64,000 nt of DNA, from assembly GCA_048013815.1 (NCBI GenBank), contig CM106585.1, positions 2,852,001 to 2,916,000 on the forward strand, read 5' to 3'. The position numbers and the translations under genes are program-made. Numbering within the stretch: the first letter of the stretch is position 1; every line of letters begins with the position of its first letter. Source of the DNA: Setoptus koraiensis. Lineage: Eukaryota; Animalia; Arthropoda. The notes under the pieces are model-generated. The model was not told where the DNA came from and made no database searches. It worked only from the letters and a program-made list of their open reading frames with translations. Shown here piece by piece: positions 32,386 to 45,260 of this stretch.

Positions 32386-32929
32386 TTTTACTTCAATAGG
32401 GCCGGCTCACTGACCAGATGATCTGTTGAGTGTGTTCGGCGCTTCGTTTTTTCCTGTTATCCTCCAACAAGAGCAACCAAAAAAGTAGTGCATGCCTGAG
32501 AAGTTTTGAGTCAGAAGCGGTTCAGTGTGGTGCGGCTAGCACGTATTATTGTACTAACCGAGTAGCGTTATACAAACGGTTGTGGCACGTCGCGCCTCGC
32601 GCTCAAAGTCGAGCCTAATCGGCAGTTTGGCATACAGCGCGCCGACAGGCCACAGCCGACAGCCGACAGAGCACATGGTTGGCCATAGGAGAGCAGCAGC
32701 AACTGGTGGCAATCGTACCGTGGGAGCGGACCAATGATAATCTCACATTGTCACTCATCGTCTCGCCGGCTCTCACCACGGTGCCGTTGGTCGTGCTGGT
32801 CACGGGCAGCAGCACGTGATGCTGCGCGTCGTGCCGGTCGTGATTGAGACCAGATGATCAATTTAGTGTGGGCACCTCACTGGCGTTAGCCGCCAGGTAA
32901 ACTGCTGCTCAAGGTGTGCACACGCTCGT

Positions 32930-32961
32930 GGGATTTGGGGGTGGGTGGGTGAGGGGGGGGG
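32930..32961 (+). other. Potential G-quadruplex motif
   Basis: GGG ATTT GGGGG T GGG T GGG T GA GGGGGGGGG: five G-runs of at least 3 with short loops. Confidence 0.7.
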
Positions 32962-34247
32962 CGAGCAGGGCGACTGTTTGCGATGGTGGGCATGGGGTAG
33001 CACGCGCAAGAACGCGCGCGCGCGCTGGCGCGCGCGTCGTCTATTAATTGCATTCAAGTGCGTGAGGCGCAAGGGGCAGATTGTGGCGCACCGGGGCACA
33101 CGGGCACATTCCGGCAGTCATTATGCGGCGTGCGCACGGCCAGTGGCGAGCGCATTGCCATGGACCGCGCCGGCATTGCCATGGACAGGGCCGGCTTTGC
33201 AGTGGTCAGCGCCGGCACGGCGTCGGACACGCCACTGGACAGCGATCCGAGTGAATGGTCGGTGCCCGTTGGCTGGCACCACGCTGCGTCGGGCACATCT
33301 TGCGCGTGCGTCATCACTCTGGCCTGTGACGACCACCACTTACCTGTTGATTTTTTGTTGCTGCTTTGTCGCCGCGGGCGTTGCGGCTTGCCCGACGGTG
33401 CCGCATACACATACAGTATGTACTACAGTATGTACTACAGTATGCATGAGATGCCAACGGGCAGCGGCGGCGCTGGCGTGTGAATGCAGCCGCAGCAGCC
33501 GCGACTGTGACCAGTGATAGTTCACAGCGGACAGCACACTTATGCACCGACGGCCAGCCGTGCGGTGGCGTCCAAACTGGTGCCTTCCCCCAATTCTCAC
33601 GATCCCGGCATGTCGGCGTGCGTTGGCGCTGGTGCAAGAGCGTTCTTTATAAGTTGTTCTTCGCCGAGAATAACCGAGATAAGAATCTGGCAGCTCGTCG
33701 CGTTGCCTGCATCGCTGCCATTCAACGCGTCTCAAGCTGCGCAAAGTGTGCTGCTATTCAACTGGCACAAACGCAAACTTGTGCCAACTACCACTGGCCA
33801 CTGGCCACTGGCCACACTGATACGGCCAGTGGGAACGAGGGGCAGCGGGCGGGGGGCGGGCAGGCACGGGCAAGGACAGCCGAGGGGCGCGGGCAGGCGG
33901 CCGACAGCGCCGCACAACAGAGCCGCACGAGAGAGCCGGCCGACAGAGCCGCACAACGGAGCCGGCGGAGAGAGGGGAGGCTGCGTTCACACGCTCGCCG
34001 CTCGCTCGTTTGTCGTTACTGTCGCTCTTTTGAATATCGCTTCTGGCCGGAGTGTCGGCCGCTCTAACTAGCGTGACCAATCGCAATAGAAACAACGCCA
34101 ACAACAACAACCAAAACAATTATCTACAACAAATAAAAGAGCGACTCACCATTGGCACGCACTTTGCACACGCGCCACTAACCAACTCGCCAATAATTGA
34201 CACTGGCCTACCTGACACTGGCCAGCGCCATTTACGCTGCACCGTGC

Positions 34248-34319
34248 ACTGTGCTGTGAACTGTGCTGTGTACTGTGCTGTGTACTGTGCTGTGTACTGT
34301 GCTGTGTACTGCGCTGTAT
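34248..34319. repeat. 12-nt tandem repeat ACTGTGCTGTGT x6
   Basis: Direct reading; source of the CAVYCAVY and HSTQHSTQ pseudo-ORFs. Confidence 0.95.
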
Positions 34320-37300
34320 AGTGTGCGCTGGTGGCGGCTTGTGCCGCGACCAGCCACCGCCGGTGCCGTGCACCGTGCGGCTCGAACAATAATATAATTG
34401 CCAAATAAACAACATCAACCAGTGACCGGCTTGCTCTACTTTACCTGTGCGCGCGCGGCCTGCTTAACGCCGCCCGCTTGACAGTGCCCGCGCACGTTCC
34501 CCGCACACGCACACACACACACAACAGGCAACACACACACGCACACTCAACAGGCAACGCGCACACGCACACTCGACAGGCAACAGGCACGCACACGCAC
34601 ATCGGGCACGCTTGTGCAGCCTGCCGGCCAAAGAGGCACACGGAGGCGCAAGAAGATGCAAGGAGGTGCGAGGAGGTGCAAGGGGGCGCAGGAGTAGGGG
34701 CGCGCGGCCGCAGCGCCGAGAAACTGGACAGCAGCAAACTTGTGAGCCGGTGCGCCTTTGTTGACCAACAAACTTTTGTTTGAAACGTCCAGCCGATCGG
34801 TCGGTGGCGCGGCTGGTTGCCGCTTCGCACCTCTGCTAACCGGGCACCGCACCGGCTCGTGCCGCTGCCCATTGTTGGCCGGTGCCGCTCGCCTGCCACA
34901 ATGGGCAGCATTTGCATAATTGTCGGTCGGTCGGTCGGTCGTCGATTGTGTGTGCGCAAACTGGCTCCAACTGCCAACCGGTTGTCGGCTGCACAGCTTG
35001 TGTTGGCAAGACCGCGCTCGAGTGCCGACAAGCGCATGCAAATGACTTGAACTTGCCACAACCAGCAAGTCGCAACTAGCAAGTCGCAACTAACAACTCG
35101 CCACTTGCAAATTACACTGGCCTGCCGTTGCAGTGCGTTCGGCCAGCGGACCAGCCAGCCAGACAGACGGACAGACGGGCAGACGGACTGAGCGTCCGGC
35201 CATCGGCCAGTGAGATCAATGGTCAGCGCAGGGATCAATGGTGAGCAGTCATGAGAGCGGGCCGCTCATTAGGGCGGTCGCCAGCTACGGCCGGGCTGCG
35301 GGCAAATTGCAGGCCGGCAGGTGGCAACGTAGAAGCAGCGGCCACATACCAATATGATCGCACACATAATCGTATATAATAATTGTTGTCAACAAGTGTG
35401 CAACTTGACCAATTGGTCCAATTTGGGCCATCGAAACAACCTGTTGGCGTGGTTGCTGTCGGCGCTGTCGCTGTTGGCGCTGCTGCCCGGCGAGCATGCG
35501 GAATGAGTGCGCCCACTAGCCTCAGACACACGCACTGGCATGTATCGAGCGGCCTCAGGTTGCTCGATGATGCATGCGTGTGGTGTCATGAGCACTGTGT
35601 CATGTGATTAATCATACCAATGCAAGTGCCACAAATATAATCAATAGCGTGATTGCGTGTGACCTATATACACACTTGTTAATGTTGCGCAACAGGCGTC
35701 ATGTGTCGCCCTTTGGCCTGCTCGCTCTCGTCATGACAGTGAGCATGTCAATAGATTCATGCCGAATCTCGCTGCACATGATTTCTGTGCACTGGCCAAT
35801 CAATATTGGCCAGTGACTCGTTGGACAGTGCGCACCTATATGAGATATAGGCCATCATCAATAATTAGCCAGCAATAATCGCTCACAATGTGACTCGCTC
35901 GTTGTTGCAACCCGGCGCCGGCCAGCACACAAACAATTGGCTGCTACGTTCACTTGGGTCATTTCATTGGGGGGGGGGGGGCTGACAAGCGTCGTGGTAA
36001 AACAAACAAAACACAATGCGCAAGCTGTTGCGTCATGTCAGATCAGCTGTTGTTGTGGCCAGCCGATATTGGCGTTGCTTGACGTTGCTTGTGTGACAGC
36101 TGCCAGCACTGGGCTGCCGTGGCCAGAGTGAGCATTGCTCACTGAGCAAGTCGCTCGATCGAACAAAAGAACCGTCTCGCCAGCTCGGCAACTCGGCGGC
36201 TCGGCACGTATCGGCAAGACAATACAGGACAAGACTGGATTTGATTGGACGCCCCCACGCAAACACACCGGCCAACACACATGATCTGTAACGGGCGTAA
36301 ATTGAGTGGCTCAACCGACGCAATGATTAGCACACAGGTGAGCTGGCAGCTTGTACAACAATGCGCGCCAACAAGCGCTGGCCACAGCTCAATGAGCACA
36401 CAAGCGCCATCAAATGAGCGCTCTATTGGCCGACGAAAGCTCATTGGATTGATCGGTTGATCGGTAGACTGTACATTGTAGAGCCACAGTTGGAGCTAGT
36501 TGAAGCGAGCGACGTTTCGCATGTTTCGTGCTTTTGGGCGGCTTTGGGCAACTAGACGTTGGACGGCGACGGAAAAGGGTCTTGGCCGGCGCGTCTCTCA
36601 ATCGGCGGCTCACATCGGTGCGTCTATTCGGAACCGCATCCGAACAGTGCACACTTTGTGCGTTTGGCCCATTTGTGGCCCATAAGCGCCACCAATGATC
36701 AATCGATGCCCGATAGATCATTGGTGGCGCCACTTGCCGTCAAAGCAAGCCCCTAGTTGAGATGCCAATGCGTTGCATGCACCAATAGCGTACCAGACAG
36801 ACAGACAGACACAATAATCATTGCGCGCCCGCCGACAATTGCCAGCAATTGGCATCAACACCGGCCCTCGAGACCGTCGAGCTGTCGAGCTCGAGCCAGA
36901 GCTTTGATTGGCAAGGGAACGGAAGTGCGCATGCAGTAGTGGACACAATGATGGATCGCTCACTACTGGCTCGCTGTGTGATAGAAATATCAAGACGCCG
37001 TCCGATACTTCTATACGGCAACACAATGGCCGGCCGCTCAACGGCAACAACAACAGCAACAACGCGGCTAAATGACAGCTCCCACTTGAGCTGTTGATGT
37101 TGGCCAGTGGCTCGGCTCGGCTTGGCCAACTTGGTCAGACTGGCCAACGGTGCGGGCGTTTGAGCAGTCGAGTAGCAATTGAACATAACGACGAACAAAA
37201 AATTTGTTGTGCGTTGATTTTTTGTTATGTTGTGCGCGGCGAGGGCCAGCAACGGCTGGCCAAACAGTGTGCAGTTGCAGTGTCCGAGCCAAGATCGCCG

Positions 37301-37485
37301 TCGCTCGACGCTGGTCTTGTCCGGTAGAGCGGCCACTCTCTGGCGGCCAGTGTGAGTCGCTCTGACACTGCCAGTCTGGCCCGGCTGGCCAGACTGGCCA
37401 GCAGTCTGCTGGAGAGCCGGTTAACTAAGCCAACGAACTTGTAAAATTACGACACGCCGACTGCGAAAAGTTGCGGGAAGTGATT

Positions 37486-37493
37486 TTCCCACG
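37486..37493 (-). promoter_or_regulatory. Su(H)/CSL consensus site CGTGGGAA
   Basis: TTCCCACG on the plus strand; exact YGTGRGAA match. Confidence 0.35.
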
Positions 37494-40019
37494 CTTCGGC
37501 GCCACTAACAGTCAGTGCTAGCTGCGCGGCCAGCCGCCACTAGCGACGGCTGTTACGCCAGACACAAACAAGTGCCCTGGTCAGCGGACATTCGATAATG
37601 TTGCTGGCGGTTGCTGGCGGTTGCCGGCGTCCGACGGGCGAGACGACAACAACAGCAACAACAGCAACAGCAACAACAGCGACAGCGACGCCAACAACGG
37701 CAGGTCCAGTCTTGGCACGGCCAACGCAGAGTTCAGCAGATGGCAACAGGTTGCATGTGTGACTGGAGTGTGTTATTTATAAAGTCACAACGACAATTTG
37801 CGATTATAAGTGATAACCATGGCAACCAAGCACGGTTGTTGTGTCAGTGGTTGTGTGTGTGTGCGTCGGATCATGGCCACATCATGGAGAGTGGCAAGCG
37901 CGACAAAATAATATCAGATCACGGTATCGGCTCGAATCGGCGGCAACGGCGTGATCACACTCACAAACAAACCGACCATACCGACGATAACGAGCTCACC
38001 TCTGGCTCGCTTATCGGCGGCGCTTCATCTCGCCAGTATCTGGCTGCATCTCGCAGTATCTGGCGGCATCTCGCAGCATCTAGCCAAGTGTCGCAATATC
38101 CAGTGCCGAGTATCGCAGCCAGCCATCTGGATGCCGGCGCGGATACTTCAGATTCGTGAGTTTATAATGCAATGTTTGCATGCCTCACAGGCCACCGCCA
38201 GGTGGTCCGGCCTGTTGTTGTCGTTGTCGTTGTTGGTGTCGTTGTTGCTGTTGTCGTTGTCGGTGTTGCTTGTGTCGTTGTTGTCGTTGTCTTCGTTGCT
38301 GGTGTCGTTGCTGGCCCGAGCGATGACGGCTGATTTATTGGCAAGGTGCGCCAACTGAGTTGGGGCGCAACATTTTATTCGCTTCATTTTATTTCATTTT
38401 ATTTTATTATGCAGTGCCGAGTGACATTTGAGACCGCGCAAAGTGTCAAAGCTGGCAACAGCACAGCTGGCATTATACGGCAAGTGACAGCGCGCCATCG
38501 GACACTGATTGTGCTAATTGATTTGAATCAATCTATTTGTTTGCTCATGGCACCGCCAACCGACATGCCGACTCTGCTCAGCAGAGTCGGCTGTGTCTGT
38601 GTCAAAACACAACGAAATTATTGTCAGCCACACAGCCAGCCGCCAATGAGTCGTCATTTTTAGTTACGTCACACATCACCTGTCCATAAAGGTGCCTGTC
38701 ACAATTTGTCGTGAGTTGCCGGCTAGACACTTGGCGCTTGCTTGTTACACTATACCAATGTGCATGCCAATGTGGATAGCTTGCTAAATGTGTGTCTAGG
38801 GGCAAACGTTTGCGAGCACACTCAACAACTGAACAAAAAGCAACAAAATATCGGGCCGGAATTTCATGTAGCCGCTTGTGCTGGTGCTGTTGTTATAGGT
38901 GAAGACGGCCAAGACACAAAGACGCAAATTTATGCAACAGCCGTCAGCTTGTTGCGTAAATCTGCGTCTTGTTGCGACAACAAACGCGATCAGAGCTTGC
39001 TAGTCGGTGCTAGCAGGAACATAGTGGAATAGTGTGTTCAATCCAGCAAGCCAACAACTGCTGGTCTTCTGGCCGCGTCAGCGTCCAGGTGAGTCGCTTG
39101 CAGGTGAGTTCACCTTAGCTAATGCTCAGCTGACTCGCTGCAACGACTCGTAGTGTGACTGGCTGGCTCGCTGGCCAGCTAGTCACACTGCCAGCGCTGG
39201 CGTAACTAGTGATAATACTTGCAATTTTGCTGCCAGCAACATTGTTAGGCTCGCTTCACAACAAAAAAAGTCATCACATGAATGAACCCAATAATGAGCC
39301 GCCTGATGGTCATTAAGTGGCACAAGTGCACTGCTCGTAATCATGCTCATTCTAATAATCTATTCATAATCTAGTTATCTCTTGCCTGGCCCAAAGATAT
39401 TAGTGGATGGTAGTAGTAATAGTGGTAGCGCTGGCAGTGGCAGTAGTTGAATTGTTTATCACACATATCCGATGGCTCGCAAAGATCGCGCGGCCGGTCA
39501 GTATCATCAGCCGGCGCCAAGAGAGTAGTTAGTGCAGCAGCCCTGTGAGCTCACCTGAAAGGCCCGCCCGGCCAATGAGTTACGGCCAGTCATGCTCGAG
39601 ATGCTCCTTCGTCATTCTAATTTGCCTAGCTGGCTGGTCGTCGTTGGCTGGTCGTCGTTGGCTGGTCGTCGTCGGCTGGCTGGCTGGCGGGCCGGCGGGC
39701 GAGAGAGACGAGAGAGCCCAACCAAATTGGGCTTACGTCGTGACTTACCGCTCGACACAGCGCTCGTTGTTCGGTGGTCGGTCGGTGGCGACGAGAGCGG
39801 GCAAAGTTGCCGCTGCCGGCTGTCGGCTGGCAACACCAGAAACAGATTGAAACAGAATTATGTTTGTTTGTTTGTGTTTGTCGGCCAGCAATTCTCAATA
39901 ATTCCCAGTAATTCTCAACAATTCTCAAAAAGGCTCGAACGGGCTCGCCGTCGAGCGCCATACACGGCGTGCCTAATCTGGTTGGCCCATTGGCCGGCCC
40001 TATTCAAATTATGGCCCGA

Positions 40020-40083
40020 CTCGACATAACGCAAGGCTCGACATTACGCAACACTCGACATAACGCAACATTCGACATAATCG
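40020..40083. repeat. 17-nt tandem repeat CTCGACAT(A/T)ACGCAA(CA/GG) x3.7
   Basis: Units start at 40020, 40037, 40054 and 40071. Confidence 0.85.
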
Positions 40084-41624
40084 TGTCGTGCTTTATAAAG
40101 GCTTATTGCGCTTACGCCGGCCGTGTATGTTGGCGGCCCGCGCTCAAATTAGTGTATCGGCTTTGGCCGGTTTGCAACAAGTGCATGCTTGGTCGAGCTT
40201 GCGACCGGCCGCAAGCACTTGTTGCCGCAGCCTCAATGTGATTGGTCATGTCCGATTGGCTAGTTAGCGCCGATTCGCTAGTGTGTCGTCGTTATATAGG
40301 AGGAGTGTGCCTTTATAGGGTAGCTGGCGCTTTATGAGTGGCCAAATGAGCCAATGCTCAGAGCAAAATCAGCCAGTTGCTCGATTGGCGTTGTTGCGTT
40401 TGGCATGGTGGCGTTTGGCTTCCAAATTGACACACAAGGCACACGGCCGGCAACTGGCAGACCGACCAACAAGCAGCGACGATCCGAGCGACTTGCGACG
40501 AGGGCAACGGGGGCCGCCAACAAAATATCCGACTCTTGTGCATAGTCAATATTGTGACGAGCCAATGTTCAGACTCACGCTAATACTAGCGCGACTTATC
40601 CGCACCACAATGCCCGGCGCTGCTGCCTATAAACAGCAAATAGGCAGCAGACGTAAACAAGTGCCAATAGTTACGGTGCCAACAACATGAGACGGGCACC
40701 GAGACCGACTAGTGGCAGTTTGTGTGCAGTGCGCACTAATGCCATTAAGCTGGCTAAACTCACGAAATCAAGCGGGCCAAAGTTGCTAAAAAACTTGCAT
40801 CTTCTTCTTCTATCCATGGGCTGACTTGTTCACACGCTTCGCAAATTACATAATAACACAACAAGCGAGCGAGTCACAGAGAGAGAGAGTCACAGAGAGC
40901 GAGTCACCGAGAGCGAGTCACAGAGGGAGAGAGAGGGGGACAACTTATGCAAACTGCACTAATAATGATTATCGCACACAATCTTACTTGTGTGTGTGTG
41001 TGTGTGTGCCCTTAATTAACGATGATTGCCTAGCCAACAGGCAGACGACCCGCTCGAGTCAGCTGATTTGCATTTGATTTGCATCCGATTTGATCGGCTT
41101 GGCAGCGGCTTCACTCACAAATTGCCAGTCACAATTCGAGTCTCTGCTCGCTCGATGGCTCGGCACGGCGCGCGATGAGCATTTCGGTTCGCTGATTGCA
41201 CAACCCGACGGCCTAACCATTAGCCTATATGTAGCGGCTAGAGCGGCAGGCTCGGCTAATAGCGACTGCATGCCGCCAACGATGGATGGTCGTCGATTAG
41301 TCGACAATTGGATAACGTCGCTGATAAATAATAACTCGTAGTTGCTATACGAACTCGACTCTGCAACAAGCAGGCTAACCCAATTCAATCGAGTCATTGC
41401 GCCAGAGTGAGTGTAGCCCGACGACAACAACAGCATCGAGCGAGCATCGACTGACGCTGGCGCAAAACATGGTCTTGTCTCTAAGAGTGACACACAGCCT
41501 ATCGGAGCTAGCACCGTCGGAGCGAACAGGCAAAGTTTGCGAGAGGCACAAATGTCGAGCCTATAAATCGCTGCTGCTTGTGTCGCTGGCAGTAGCAGCT
41601 CGCTTGCTGTATGAGAGCGCTCGT

Positions 41625-41685
41625 CAGCCAGATGCTGGCTGTCGAGATCGGCAGCCAGATGCTGGCTGTCGAGATCGGCAGCCAG
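41625..41685. repeat. 27-nt perfect tandem duplication CAGCCAGATGCTGGCTGTCGAGATCGG x2.3
   Basis: 41625-41651 is identical to 41652-41678. Confidence 0.95.
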
Positions 41686-43700
41686 CGACGGCCTTGCCAG
41701 TTGCGCAACAGCGGCTCATAGCCGAGATATGATGTGAGATATGATGTGAGATATGAGTTGTGTGCGAGACGCGCGTCAAGAATTATCATCTGCTGCCGCA
41801 GTTGTGGCTGCTGTGGTTGCTGTCGTGCTGCTGCTGCTGTTGCTGCGCTGCTGACGTCGAGCTCGCTGGCAAGCGACAGAACGTGGATGCAAACAAACCA
41901 ATGATTAGGTGTTGTCATCGGGGCGCCTTATGGCTGGCTGCGATCGCTCGCACATGACTCGCTGTAAATGGTTATAATAAATTATGTGTAGTTTTGCTGG
42001 CTCACGCTGGCTGCATTGTGCTCGTGATGTTGTTGTTGTTGGTGTCGAGCTCGCTGCCAGTTGAACAGTCTGAACGACATGACGACGATCTTAGCCCGAG
42101 AGCAACAACAAAACAAGACAGCGCTGCATGCGGCCCGCTCATTATTCATTCTCCGCATGCATTATCCGCCATTATCGCTATGTTGTTTTTTGCTGTCTCG
42201 CTTTTTGCTGGCTCGCTTGTTGGCCGCGACTAGTCGCCGACTGGCTCGACACACACACACACACAATACGACGATGCGAGCGTCGAGCCCGCTCGGCCCG
42301 GCCGCCACTCGCAAGCGGGCAAGCTGGCAAGCTCGCAAGCGCGCCTAGCCAACGCGATAAAGGCGCAGCGCCCAGCCAAAGCGCCTAGCCAGCTGTCTAG
42401 CCAAAGCGCCTAGCCGAAGCGTCTAGCCAAATAGCGAAACTTTTCCGCTTGTTGGGCTGTATCATGTTGGCACGACCATGATGCTGATTAGCGCAGCAGC
42501 GTCGCCACCGCCGCTGGCAGCCGATGTGGCGCTGCCGCCGGGCGCTTGCGCGCCGCTTCCAAGACGGCAAACAATTCTCACTTTAATCACTCTATATTTA
42601 TTTTTATAATTTATCGTTGATAATCATCACTATCGCGTGTGTGTGTCGCCATTCACGCAACAACAACGCATAATGCATGCGCCTATATGCCGACCTATGG
42701 CTGGCAAGCGACCGACGGCACTCGCTCGCCAGCCGGTCTGGCTAGCCGGCTGCCAGTCAAATCCAGTTTCAAGCGGACTACCGTGTGGCGTGTGTGTGTG
42801 TGCGGCACAGTTTGCGCGCTCGGTCTGTGCGCCACTTGCATGCACTGGTGTGTATAGGCGCCACTTGCTTGCGAGCGCGTCACAGTCGCGCATCATCGGT
42901 GCCTGTGCCCAATGTGCGGTCTTGCCAGTTCGCCCAGCTAGCGACACGCAAGCACAGTGTGCGCGCGCTCGACACTCACTGTCAGAGCGGCTCGTGAGCA
43001 TTGTGTGTGCCGTGCGAGCGTCGTTTGCGGCTCATTTGCTGCCACCGATTGGCATGCAACAGGGGCCAGCAACAGGCACTGTTGCCGGCCAGTGCGTTGG
43101 CGCTGCCCCCGCCTCGCACCGTACGGCCATTTAGCGCAATCAAAGGGCGAGTGGGCGCAGCGCCGTCTGCACTGCCGACCCCCAATTCACACGATCCTAA
43201 TCTTGCTTGCGAGCGGCGGCGGCGGCGGCAGCCAGAGCGCCAACAAGGCCGGCGCGACAGCAACAGGCCAATCATGTCAATGTTTGTAGTTGATGCAACG
43301 TCAATCGGCCGGCCTGTGTCAGCGATCGGCTGGCACAGATTGTGTGTGCGCTGTTATTTGATGCGGGCCAATCTGTGCCCGCTGGCCACGGTTGCATGGC
43401 AGCGGCCAGCACATGGCGGCGGAGTGTGCGCCAATCAGGCTCAATTGGTCATTGTTGCCGCGGCCGCCGCCGCTGCATCGGAATGCGGCTGCCAGCCATT
43501 CGGCACAGACCGGCCCGATGTGCGCGCGCGGGGAGTGTGCACACTGTGTGCCGCGTCGGCCGGCGGTGTCGGCGGCGGCCCGAGCCAACAAACAGGAGGT
43601 CGTTAAATGGTGGCAGCCTCGTGAGCCAGTCATGCTTTTGCATGCGTGTGCGTCTGCACCATCGTCATCCCTGTGTCAGACCGTGAGAGCGTGCGCCGAC

Positions 43701-43708
43701 CGTGGGAA
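43701..43708 (+). promoter_or_regulatory. Su(H)/CSL site CGTGGGAA about 1.1 kb upstream of the HES ATG, flanked by two near-matches
   Basis: Exact match at 43701-43708; CGTGAGAG at 43682 and CGTGGGAG at 43720; another exact TGTGGGAA at 45731-45738 downstream of the gene. Confidence 0.4.
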
Positions 43709-44792
43709 CGACTCAGGAACGTGGGAGCGCGCGACCACGCACACTCGTCTCCCCCACTGCTCTGGCAGCGCTGCACCACCGCACCATTGCAGACGGCGCG
43801 CCGCTGCAGACGGTGCGCCACTGCGGACGGTGCAGCGCTGCCGATGATGCTGCGGCGGCGGCGGCGGCCTGTTGCTGGCCGGCCGCCGGCTTGCACGGTT
43901 CAACTGTTGAACCTCCGCCAACTGCACACCGCTGCCGCCGCCGCACTGGCGTAGCACTGCTGCTGCGGCGTAGTGTCATTTGCGCAACACTCGACGCAGC
44001 TTTGCACCTTGTACGGCGCACCGCTGGCTGCACCGTCACCGGGGGCACCGCTACCATACAGGGTGCGCACTAAACGGGGCAGCTGCTTGACCGCTGCCAC
44101 AGCGGCAAACCTGTCGCAGGCGCGGCCGGACAGTGTGCACTCTCGGGCCACAGGCTTGGGTCACAGGCTTGAGCCACAGGCAACAGGCGGACAGAGCGGG
44201 CGGCAAGCTGCATTCTCACAATGGTCAGCAAACAAACAAACGTTGGCAATGGTGTGTCGCTGTCGCTGTTGTTGTTGCTGTTGTTGCTGTTGCTGCTGTT
44301 GGCCACACTGCTGGGCACTAATGACAGTGGTGAGCACGCTCAAAGGCGACGGTCGTTGGTCACACGCTCGGGCACACGCACAGTCACACGACTGCAGGCG
44401 CAGACAAGCGCGCTGCTCTGTGCGCTGGAATCTGGGCCCGCCGCTTTGATTGGCGTGCCGGTGCAGCCCAGCGCTGTTGTCAGTGTGCGTATAGGAATGA
44501 CGGGGCAACGAAGAGCGCTCCAACGCGCACCGCCACCCCCAAGATGCGCACAAGAGCGCGACAGCGATGCCAGGCACCAAGTGAATCAAGTGTGTGAGCG
44601 CTCGTTAGAAATCATTCTCGTTTTGAATGTCCACCGAGCAACATCGACAACGACCAACAACAACAATCAACCAACCACCAACAACCAACTCAAACTCAAC
44701 AGCAAACAACTAATACTCGTTCAGATCATCAAGCAATTGCAATCAGCATTCAGCAAACAACCACCACACACACACAACACACTCACATCACA

Positions 44793-45260
44793 ATGGCACC
44801 GTTAAGTCAGAAGGCGCTCGAGCGCAAAAGCAACAAGCCCATCATGGAGAAGAAACGCCGAGCAAGAATAAACAATTGTCTAAATCAGTTAAAGGCGCTC
44901 ATATTGGAGACCAACAACGATAGAAGACACTCCAAATTGGAAAAGGCAGACATACTAGAGATGACTGTGAGGTATCTACAAAATCTACGCCAATTTCACA
45001 ATTTAAATCACCACCAACAACTGCCCCTACAGCAACATCACACGCACCAGCAGCAGCACCCATTACAGCAACATCATCATTTGCACCACCAACAATTACC
45101 AATACACGCATTGCAACTACATCATCTTCAGCATCACATGTCACAATTGAACAGTGGCGCCCCATCAGTGCCTGGCTCGCCATCGCCATCGCCATCATCG
45201 TCAAATGAATCAGAGCAGGGTAGCACCACAACTCACGGTAGCACATGGAGGCCCTGGTAG
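44793..45260 (+). CDS. Hairy/Deadpan-type HES bHLH repressor with C-terminal WRPW, 155 aa, intronless, no Orange domain
   Basis: Basic region [18 protein letters not shown] with the HES proline, [14 protein letters not shown] helix 2, His/Gln-rich tract, terminal WRPW stop. Confidence 0.93.
   Translation: MAPLSQKALERKSNKPIMEKKRRARINNCLNQLKALILETNNDRRHSKLEKADILEMTVRYLQNLRQFHNLNHHQQLPLQQHHTHQQQHPLQQHHHLHHQQLPIHALQLHHLQHHMSQLNSGAPSVPGSPSPSPSSSNESEQGSTTTHGSTWRPW

Larger units (their letters stand above)
31900..44790. promoter_or_regulatory. About 13-kb GC/CpG-rich non-coding block, probably the cis-regulatory domain of the HES gene
   Basis: Abrupt compositional shift near 31.9 kb; dense short tandem motifs and CA/GT/CAA runs; only short overlapping low-complexity ORFs on both strands with no recognisable domain; ends at the HES ATG. 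The regulatory role is inferred. Confidence 0.55.

Noticed and set aside
31918-44805. More than 100 short ORFs, including 34441-35238 (265 aa) and the signal-peptide-like 44221-44805
   Set aside because: Ala/Arg/Cys-rich translations of GC-rich repeats on both strands; the poly-Leu is a CTG/TTG run; no conserved domain.
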